This document shows, in pieces, positions 30,564-37,952 of a stretch of 64,000 nucleotides of DNA. The stretch is taken from contig JBCCHT010000001.1 in NCBI GenBank assembly GCA_039028615.1, forward strand, positions 64,001-128,000, given 5' to 3'. The translations under genes were made by a program, and so were the position numbers. Position 1 is the stretch's first letter; each line of letters starts with the position of its first letter. This DNA comes from Myxococcota bacterium (GTDB lineage: Bacteria; Myxococcota_A; Polyangia; Nannocystales; Nannocystaceae). The notes under the pieces are model-generated. The model ran no database searches and had not been told where the DNA came from. It saw only the letters and a list, made by a program, of their open reading frames with translations.

Positions 30564-31123
30564 CAGACGGGCTCCTTGGCGTCGGTGCCCTGACGAAAGC
30601 GTTGATACCGGATCGCGACCAGGTCGTTGTCGGTCTGCAGCTCCAGCTCGTCCATGCCGCGCGGCGAGGGGCCCGTCTCCACGCCGCCATCGAGCGAGAA
30701 GAACGAGTCGTGACACGGACAGATGAACTTGTCGTTGTCGCCGTCATAGTCGATGGCGCAGCCGAGGTGCGGACACACCGTGGACATCGCCATGAGCTTG
30801 CCTTCGCGCTGACGGACCCATGCCGAGCCCACCTTGACCTGCACCACGCGATTCCAGGCATCGACGCGATCGGCATAGAGGTCGACCTTGACCGGCGTCT
30901 CGCCTACGAACTGCGCCATCTTGCCCACCGGGATGAACTCGTCCGAACCACTGGTGGTCGGCGTGCTCAGCGGGTGAAGTAAGAAGGACGTCGCCGGCAC
31001 GGCGACCGCGGCCGCGACACAGGCCCCTACGGCACCGGCCCCCGCCAACATGAACCGACGCCGCGAGCCGTCCTCGGTCGCGGCAGATCCGTCTCCATCT
31101 CGTCCTCGATCACTGTCCGCCAT
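30563..31123 (-). CDS. Rieske [2Fe-2S] subunit of a Rieske/cytochrome b complex
   Basis: Tat motif SRRRFM plus TM helix; boxes CPHLGC and CPCHDSFF; GPSPRGMD. Confidence 0.92.
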   Translation of the reverse strand: MADSDRGRDGDGSAATEDGSRRRFMLAGAGAVGACVAAAVAVPATSFLLHPLSTPTTSGSDEFIPVGKMAQFVGETPVKVDLYADRVDAWNRVVQVKVGSAWVRQREGKLMAMSTVCPHLGCAIDYDGDNDKFICPCHDSFFSLDGGVETGPSPRGMDELELQTDNDLVAIRYQRFRQGTDAKEPV

Positions 31124-31431
31124 CGGTATCGTCTTCTCGTGATGTTCGTGCGCAGCCGAAATCGTCCGGCCCGGGGATGCTCACCCCCACAGAGTGTAGA
31201 TGCAGCGCGGTCTCCCCACGACGCGCGACATCGGCCTGCCGTGCTCCCGCAAAATCGCAAGCGAAGCCGCAACGTTACAACCGGGCAGCAAAAGCCGTTC
31301 GCGGCCGACAACCGCTCACAAGGCAGTGGGGCCCACCCTTTTGACTCGATCTCACGGTAGGATTCGACGAAATCGACGATCCCATCGATCCCGATGCGGC
31401 CCCGCGACGTAGCGAGGTCGGCCCCTCGAGG

Positions 31432-32802
31432 ATGAGTTTGGAGACCACCGTGCGACACATCGTAGTGCCTACGCTCTTTGCCGCCCTCGCCGCCTGCGGC
31501 GGAGCCCCATCCGCTCCCACGAAGGCCGAGTCCACCCCGGCCCCTGCCGCTCAGGCCTCCGCGGCCGCGGCTGCGTCCGCCTCCACCGCGAGCCCGGCCG
31601 CCAAGGCAGCCGCCGCGAAGGCTCATCCTGTGACCTTCGAGGCCCAGCTGGCGCTCCTCGACGCCGAGATCGCCGCCCGTAAGAAGGTCGCCCAACAAAA
31701 TGGTCGGTCCGGCCTGGCGTTCGGCAACGTCGCCTCGCTGTACATGACGCGGGCCCGCCTGTCCGGGGACTGGGGCGACTACGCCGCAGCGGAGGAAAAC
31801 GTCGACCAGGCCTTCGCGGTGAGCAAGACGGGCAAGACCGGTCCGTTCATCGTGCGGGCGCGCCTGAACTACACGCTGCATCGGCTCGACCGGGTCGACG
31901 AGGACTTCGCCACCGCGGCCAAGCTGCCCACCAACTCGGGTGACGCCAAGCGCAGCCACGAGCTGTTTGCGGCCAACCTGGCGTTCCAGCGCGGCCAGTA
32001 CGACGACGCCAAAAAGGCGCTCGACGAGCACGCCAAGGGCCCGGCCACCCTCCCCGGCCGCGCATCGCTGGCGCTCTACCACTGGAAGTCGGGCAACTTC
32101 GAGGATGCCGAGCGCCTCTACACCGAGGCCATGGAAGCTCACGACGGCAAGGCGACCGAGCCAGTGGCGTGGGTGCACCTGCAGCTGGGCCTGATGGACC
32201 TGGACCGTGGTCGTTGGGACGAGGCCCTGGCCCACTACCGCGCGGGCGCCTCGCTCATCCGTGGGTACTGGCTCATCGACGAGCACATGGCCGAGATCCT
32301 CACCCTCCAGGGCAAGACCGACGAGGCCAAGGCGCTGTACCAGAGCATCATCGAACGCACGGGTAATCCCGAGTTCATGGATGCGATGGCCGAGATTCAC
32401 GCCGCCGCGGGGGAGGACGGCGAAGCGGAGGCATGGGCCGCCAAGGCCCGCGCCGCGTTCGAAGACCAGCTGCGTCAGTTCCCCGAAGCGGCGTACGGCC
32501 ACGCGTTGGGGCACTTCCTCGCCCATGGCACGGACCCCGAGCGCACGGTGCAGATGGCGGAGCGAAACCACGCCCTGCGCCCCAATGCCGACGCCAAGGC
32601 GATGCTGGCCGAGGCTTACCTGGCGGCGGGACGGCTCCCCGATGCCGACCGGCTGATCGACGAGGCTCTGGCCACGCCCATGCGCAGCGCGTCGCTGCAT
32701 GCCACCGCGGCTCAGATCAAGGACGCGGTCGGCAACAAGGGTGCCGCCAAGGCCCAGCGCAAGGCCGCGCGCGCCATCAACCCGAAGATCGAGCTGGACT
32801 GA
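31432..32802 (+). CDS. Tetratricopeptide-repeat lipoprotein
   Basis: Lipobox LAAC, Ala-rich linker, repeated TPR-like helices (LALYHWKSGNFEDAERLY, LGLMDLDRGRWDEALAHY, MAEILTLQGKTDEAKALY). Confidence 0.8.
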   Translation: MSLETTVRHIVVPTLFAALAACGGAPSAPTKAESTPAPAAQASAAAAASASTASPAAKAAAAKAHPVTFEAQLALLDAEIAARKKVAQQNGRSGLAFGNVASLYMTRARLSGDWGDYAAAEENVDQAFAVSKTGKTGPFIVRARLNYTLHRLDRVDEDFATAAKLPTNSGDAKRSHELFAANLAFQRGQYDDAKKALDEHAKGPATLPGRASLALYHWKSGNFEDAERLYTEAMEAHDGKATEPVAWVHLQLGLMDLDRGRWDEALAHYRAGASLIRGYWLIDEHMAEILTLQGKTDEAKALYQSIIERTGNPEFMDAMAEIHAAAGEDGEAEAWAAKARAAFEDQLRQFPEAAYGHALGHFLAHGTDPERTVQMAERNHALRPNADAKAMLAEAYLAAGRLPDADRLIDEALATPMRSASLHATAAQIKDAVGNKGAAKAQRKAARAINPKIELD

Positions 32803-32819
32803 GCGGGCGACCGGGGGCC

Positions 32820-33755
32820 TCAGTCGCCATCGCGCGCCAGGGCCTGCACCGTCATGTCGCGAGCCAGCTCGCGGAGCCAACGATGCGCGGGGTCTCGGTG
32901 CACGCGCTCGTGCCAGGTCGCCATGATGCGAAAGGTGGGCAGCTCGACCGGAGGCTCCACGATCCGAAGGTCGGCGAAGTTGGACGCCACCTCGGCGATC
33001 GCCCGCGGAATCGTGGCCACCAGATCGGAGCGCGCCACCATGAAGGGCACCCCGTTGAAGTACGGCGTTCGCAGCACCGTGCGCCGGGCGAGCCCCCGCT
33101 CGGCCAGCCGCTCGTCGACCACGCCGGGCTGATCGGTGTGTGCGACCACGACGTGCCCGAGCGACGCGTACTCCTCGACGGTGATGTGATCGCGCCCCTC
33201 CAGGATCGGATGCCCCACTCGCAGGATCACCACGAAGGACTCGTCGCAGACGCTTCGCATGCGTAGCGAAGCGCCCTCGAGGCCGCCCGTACCCATGACC
33301 AGGTCGGCGACACCGTGCTCCAGCGCCTGTACGATGCTGCCTCCGCTCGGCGGTTGGATGCGCATGGAGATGCCGGGCGCGACCCGGCCGACGTACTCCA
33401 TCACCCGCGGCAGGATGACGAGGTCGGCGAAGTCCGAGGTGACGATGGTGAACCGACGCTCCGCCGTGGACGGATCGAAGGGCGTGGTGTTTCGAACGGC
33501 CGCGTGCAGCTCGAGCAACCCGCGACGCACGGGCGCCACCAAGGCCATCGCCCGGGGGGTCGGCACCATGCCCTGGCGACCGCCGACCAACAGCTCATCG
33601 TCGAACAGCTCCCGCAGGCGTCGCAGCCGATGGCTCATCGCCGACTGCGTGAGCCCGACGCGCGCCGCGGCTCGGGTCACGTTGCGGTCCTCGAGCAAGG
33701 CATCCAACGCGACCATGAGGTTCAGGTCGATCGCTCCTCCATGTATGTCTTGCAT
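32820..33755 (-). CDS. LysR family regulator (NodD/LeuO-like)
   Basis: IDLNLMVALDALLEDRNVTRAAARVGLTQSAMSHRLRRLRELFDDELL, FDPSTAERRF, DPAHRWLR. ATG at 33755. Confidence 0.92.
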   Translation of the reverse strand: MQDIHGGAIDLNLMVALDALLEDRNVTRAAARVGLTQSAMSHRLRRLRELFDDELLVGGRQGMVPTPRAMALVAPVRRGLLELHAAVRNTTPFDPSTAERRFTIVTSDFADLVILPRVMEYVGRVAPGISMRIQPPSGGSIVQALEHGVADLVMGTGGLEGASLRMRSVCDESFVVILRVGHPILEGRDHITVEEYASLGHVVVAHTDQPGVVDERLAERGLARRTVLRTPYFNGVPFMVARSDLVATIPRAIAEVASNFADLRIVEPPVELPTFRIMATWHERVHRDPAHRWLRELARDMTVQALARDGD

Positions 33756-33786
33756 GAAAAGTATTAGAAGCATGCGTTGTTTGCAT
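33741..33786. promoter_or_regulatory. Paired LysR operator dyads
   Basis: ATG-N9-CAT (33741-33755) and ATGC-N7-GCAT (33772-33786), both containing T-N11-A, between divergent genes. Confidence 0.6.
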
Positions 33787-33832
33787 AGAGATTCCAAGCG
33801 CATGGTGACGGGGAAGCCACCCAGGAATCCCC

Positions 33833-34294
33833 ATGAAACCGCCCCAGAACCGCTCACTAGGCCGAAATCGGCGGTCGTTGCTCTCGGTCACCGTGTGGAT
33901 CGTGGCCAGCGCCGGAGCGCTCCTCAGCAGCGCATGTGACGCCGCTCAGGCCGAGACCCTGCCTCCCGCCGAGGCCTCGATCGACGCTCGCCCCACCGCC
34001 CCCGACCCTGTCGCGGGCCCGCCCACGAACCTCGAGCCGCCCTCCTCCGACCAAGCGCAGCTGTCCGGGGTGATTCGCGAGTGCCTCCCCGCGGGCGGCT
34101 ACACGTACCTGCGCCTCGAGCTCGACGACGGCGCATTCCCCTGGGTGGTGACGATGGCCAAGTCGATCGAGCCCGGCCAGCGCGTGGCCGTGGAGAGCCT
34201 CGGCACCAAGCACGACTTCCACTCCAACCGCCTCGATCGAGATTTCGACGAGCTGGTGTTCGGCATCGTCCGCCCGCTTCGCGATGAGAACTGA
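33833..34294 (+). CDS. Small secreted/lipoprotein with GGYTYL beta-barrel (OB-like) domain
   Basis: LSSAC lipobox; GVIRECLPAGGYTYLRL...WV...FHSNRLDRDFDELVFG. Confidence 0.6.
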   Translation: MKPPQNRSLGRNRRSLLSVTVWIVASAGALLSSACDAAQAETLPPAEASIDARPTAPDPVAGPPTNLEPPSSDQAQLSGVIRECLPAGGYTYLRLELDDGAFPWVVTMAKSIEPGQRVAVESLGTKHDFHSNRLDRDFDELVFGIVRPLRDEN

Positions 34295-34298
34295 CCTC

Positions 34299-34949
34299 AT
34301 GATCCGCCCCATCCCTCTGACCGTTGTGTCCCTGTCCCTCCTGCTCGGCGCGTGCCCGGCCGACGACGACCCCTCCCCCACCGCGGCGGCATCCAGCTCG
34401 AGCGGCGACCCCGACTCCAGCGGCGGCGACGTCGTCGAGACAACGACGACCGGCGGCGAAGGGCTCGATTCCACCGGACCCGGCATCGACGTCGATGCGC
34501 TCTACGGCTGCGAAGACCCCGACTTCACCGTGTTCCAGCCGCTCACCGGGCCCGGCATCGATCCCGAGACCGGCATGCTGCTGGAGCCCATCCACGACAG
34601 CTATCTCCTTCACACCACGCAGATCATGGCGCGGCCCGAAGCGATGGCCGAGTTCTTCGCCGCCAACGAAAGCGTGCTGGCGCAGCTGGGGCAGACCGAG
34701 GGCCTGGTCGGGTTTTCGATCGCCATCGAGCCCAACTGTGGCTTCGCACGCACGCTGGGCATCTGGGAGGACGAGCGCAGCATGCTGCTGTTCATCGGCA
34801 CGGGCGCGCACCTCGATGCGATGACCGAGGTCGCCGACCTCGCCGTCACCGCCCGCTCGACCACCTGGACCGCGAATGGGGCCGATATGCCGTTGACGTG
34901 GGCGGTGGCCCTCGAGGCGATCGCCGACATCACGCCCATCGTCTACTGA
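34299..34949 (+). CDS. Lipoprotein with ABM/DUF3291-like (monooxygenase-fold) domain
   Basis: LLGAC lipobox, Ser/Thr linker, GLVGFS...TLGIWEDERSMLLFIGTGAHLDAM. Start at 34284 or 34299. Confidence 0.6.
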   Translation: MIRPIPLTVVSLSLLLGACPADDDPSPTAAASSSSGDPDSSGGDVVETTTTGGEGLDSTGPGIDVDALYGCEDPDFTVFQPLTGPGIDPETGMLLEPIHDSYLLHTTQIMARPEAMAEFFAANESVLAQLGQTEGLVGFSIAIEPNCGFARTLGIWEDERSMLLFIGTGAHLDAMTEVADLAVTARSTTWTANGADMPLTWAVALEAIADITPIVY

Positions 34950-35071
34950 CCTTTTGGTTTCGGGCATCACCGTGCGGGTTCCAACCGTTCGGTGATGCAG
35001 GTTCAATTCGGGCGAGCACGCCACGAGACGGTGCGCCGCACGCCCGCCCCCGGCCTGCTAAGGTCGCGGCC

Positions 35072-36049
35072 ATGATACGCACTACGGTGATCGGGGTACT
35101 CGCCGCCGCCATGACGGTGGCCTGTGGCAGCACCGAGCCCGCCGCCGAGGGCGGCTCTTCGAGCGAGACCACGAACGGAGGCTCCTCCACCGCGCCCGCG
35201 TCGGCGCAGACCACCAGCGGTGGCGAAACCACGGGCGGCGTCGAGGAGTCGGGCGAGTCGACCGGTAGCGCCGACTCGACCACGACCGGTAGCTCGGACA
35301 TGGATCGGAGCCCCGGCTGCGACGGTGGTGACCCCAACGCCATCCCGGCCACGGTGGAGATCGACGGGGTCGACCGCGAGTTCTTGTTCGTGCTCCCCGA
35401 CGACTACGACCCGACCCGCGCGTACCCGCTGGTCTTCGCCTGGCATGCGCGCGGCACCAACGGTGCGATCGCTCGGGTCTACTACCAAGTCGAAGAGGCC
35501 TCGGAGGGCAACGCGATCTTCGTGTACCCCGACGGGCTGCCCCAGGAGACCTCGGGCGGCGAGACGGGCTGGAACCTCTCCCCCACGGGCTATGACGTGC
35601 TGTTCTTCGACGAGCTGTACGCGCAGGCCACCAACAACCTGTGCATCGACCAAAGCCGCGTGTTCTCCACCGGGCACAGCTTCGGCGGCTTCATGTCGAA
35701 CTTCATCGGCTGCGTGCGCGGCGAGTTCTTCCGCGCCATCGCCCCGGTGGCGGGCGGCGGCCCCCAGGGCACCTGCAGCGGGCCGATGGCGGCCTGGATC
35801 GCCCACGGCACCGTGGACCCCACCGTGCCCTTCGCCGTCGGCGAGGCGAGCTACGACTACTGGCGCGACCTCAACGGCTGCACCGAAGATCCGGTCGCGG
35901 TCGAGCCCAGCCCCTGTGTGATCCACGAAAGCTGCGACGCCGGGGTGCCGCTGACGTGGTGCGAGCACAACGAGACGATGCCGCTCGAAGGCCACCACTG
36001 GCCGACCTGGGCCGGCGACGCGATCTGGGATTTCTTCGCCCAGTTCTAG
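35072..36049 (+). CDS. Lipoprotein esterase, PHB depolymerase/LpqC/feruloyl-esterase-like
   Basis: TVAC lipobox, YPLVFAWH, FVYPDG, CIDQSRVFSTGHSFGG (nucleophile elbow), HGTVDPTVP, GHHWP. Confidence 0.82.
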   Translation: MIRTTVIGVLAAAMTVACGSTEPAAEGGSSSETTNGGSSTAPASAQTTSGGETTGGVEESGESTGSADSTTTGSSDMDRSPGCDGGDPNAIPATVEIDGVDREFLFVLPDDYDPTRAYPLVFAWHARGTNGAIARVYYQVEEASEGNAIFVYPDGLPQETSGGETGWNLSPTGYDVLFFDELYAQATNNLCIDQSRVFSTGHSFGGFMSNFIGCVRGEFFRAIAPVAGGGPQGTCSGPMAAWIAHGTVDPTVPFAVGEASYDYWRDLNGCTEDPVAVEPSPCVIHESCDAGVPLTWCEHNETMPLEGHHWPTWAGDAIWDFFAQF

Positions 36050-36055
36050 CGAAGC

Positions 36056-36736
36056 TCAGCGACGCCCGAACTTCTGCGTCCAGTAGTGACCGAAGGCATC
36101 GGACGAGGGGTGATGCCCCACGCCGACCTCGCGGAAGTTCGGGCTCATGATGTTGGCGCAGTGACCGGGGCTGCTCATCCAGCCGGCCACGACGTCACGC
36201 GCCGTGGCCTGCCCAGCCGAGATGTTCTCCCCGGTGGCCATCGCCCGGTAGCCGGTCGCTTCGATGCGGTCCGACGGCGAGCGACCCTGGAGGTCGTGGT
36301 GATCGAAGAACCCGGAGCGCGCCATCTCGCGGCTGTGGCCGCGGGCGGCACAGGTCAGGCGAGGCTCGGCACTCAAGGCGGGCACGGGACCGAAGCGTCG
36401 GCCGCCGCAGCGCGCTCCCTCGGCGCGATGGGCATTGATGAGCGCCACCACTTCGCGCTCGGCCGCGGCCCGCTCGGACGACCACGCGGGCAGCCCGGCG
36501 CACTGCGGGCCGGCATCGGAAGCGCTGGCTCGGCGACGCGCGGGGCCGCGGTTTTTGTGCGACGACTTGACCAAGCGCCGGCCTCGGCGAGTCTCGGCGC
36601 CCTTCGGCGACGACGCGGCCTCGGTGGTGGGGCCCGAGCGCGAGGGCTCGGGCGGGCGCGAAGACGTGGAGTCGTGAACGGTACAGCCCCCAACGACGAG
36701 GGCCAGGACGGCGACGGACCAGTGTGTCGTCATCAC
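36056..36736 (-). CDS. CAP/SCP domain lipoprotein
   Basis: LINAHRA, LTCAARGHSREMA, FFDH, GENISAG, WMSSPGHCANIM, YWTQKF. Confidence 0.88.
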   Translation of the reverse strand: MMTTHWSVAVLALVVGGCTVHDSTSSRPPEPSRSGPTTEAASSPKGAETRRGRRLVKSSHKNRGPARRRASASDAGPQCAGLPAWSSERAAAEREVVALINAHRAEGARCGGRRFGPVPALSAEPRLTCAARGHSREMARSGFFDHHDLQGRSPSDRIEATGYRAMATGENISAGQATARDVVAGWMSSPGHCANIMSPNFREVGVGHHPSSDAFGHYWTQKFGRR

Positions 36737-36811
36737 GAAGTTGGACGCAGTCGCCCCGCCCCATCGTCAAAAGTGACGAATCGAGGGCCTCAGGCCCCGC
36801 TGCGGGGCCGC

Positions 36812-37948
36812 TCAGCCCGTGCAGCAGAAGGTGACCGGCTCGGCTTCGGCCGCGGTTCCCATGGGGCCGACCACCGCGGGCTCGCACTGCCCCTGCGCAG
36901 AGCCCACCACATGGGAAAGCGCGACGGGATCGATGCTGCCCACGCCGTCGGTGCATCCCCCCGCCGGGACATTGCCCGCAGAGCTCCCCATGCAGTTGGT
37001 CGTGGTCGACAGGAACAAGGTGGTGTTCATGCACGGGGTGCTCGGGAACCCACACGTGCACTCCTGGCAGTCGCGGTCGTCGTCGACGTCCTGATGCAGC
37101 ACCGTGCGCACGGAGTAGTCGCCCGCGGGGCACTCGACCTCGCCCGTCTGCCACACGCACCACTGGGGGTAGTACGGGTCGGAGGGCGCGTCGGCGCACA
37201 GCTGACCCGAGCCGCAGTCGCCCTCGTCGAAGGTCCCGCCGCACGCCAAGTGCTGGGTCGAAAACAGCGCGGGGTCGACCGTCGTGTGCGAGATCGGGTC
37301 GCAAGAGCCGCTGGTCACGGTGGGCGGCACGAACTCGTAGCTCCCCGACAGGTCCCAGTCGGAGCCGATGCTGAGGTTGCAGCCCGGGAACACGTTGAAG
37401 GGAGCGTCGGGCGTGCCGCTGCACCCGGGGCCGGGGTAGTAAATCATCTGACCGCCGCTGCACGAGGCATCGGTCAGCGGTTCGCACTCGCAGCCGCAGG
37501 TCGCCGCGGGGGCGACCAGGTCGCTGAAGACCTGGGTCTGCTGATCGGTGAAGGGCGCCGCGCACCCGAGGTCTTCGGCGGCGTCGGCCTCGAGCCACGC
37601 AAAGGGCCCCGTCCAGCCGTCGGGCGCGGCCGCGATGCACTCCATGCCCCGCGCCTCGCACCCGGAGGCCTCGGTGTCGCCGGCGGCCGTGGTGTCGGTG
37701 GTGCCCGTGCCCGTGGTGGTGGCGCCCGGCGTGGGCGTGCCGCCGCTCGAGTCCATGGCGGGCCCCGTGCTGGTGGCGGCGCCCGTGCTCGAGTCGTTCG
37801 CCTCGCCGTTGTTCAAGTAGGGGTTGGGCTCGGTGCAGCCCGAAACCAGGATCAGCGCGAACGCGGCTGCCACCCCGATTTCGCCGTGTCGTCCGCCAAA
37901 GGCCATCGCTCGAATCATGATCTGCTCCACCGACGACGTAAAGGCCAA
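36812..37948 (-). CDS. Cys-rich myxobacterial lipoprotein
   Basis: LVSGC lipobox, Thr/Gly/Ser linker, APDGWTGP, more than 20 Cys, DDDRDCQECTCG, PVTFCC. True start is probably 37906-37921. Confidence 0.75.
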   Translation of the reverse strand: MAFTSSVEQIMIRAMAFGGRHGEIGVAAAFALILVSGCTEPNPYLNNGEANDSSTGAATSTGPAMDSSGGTPTPGATTTGTGTTDTTAAGDTEASGCEARGMECIAAAPDGWTGPFAWLEADAAEDLGCAAPFTDQQTQVFSDLVAPAATCGCECEPLTDASCSGGQMIYYPGPGCSGTPDAPFNVFPGCNLSIGSDWDLSGSYEFVPPTVTSGSCDPISHTTVDPALFSTQHLACGGTFDEGDCGSGQLCADAPSDPYYPQWCVWQTGEVECPAGDYSVRTVLHQDVDDDRDCQECTCGFPSTPCMNTTLFLSTTTNCMGSSAGNVPAGGCTDGVGSIDPVALSHVVGSAQGQCEPAVVGPMGTAAEAEPVTFCCTG

Positions 37949-37952
37949 TCGC

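Noticed and set aside
31340..31357. CRP/FNR-like site upstream of the Rieske gene
   Set aside because: The spacer between TGA and TCAC is 7 nt rather than 6, and the arms are weak.
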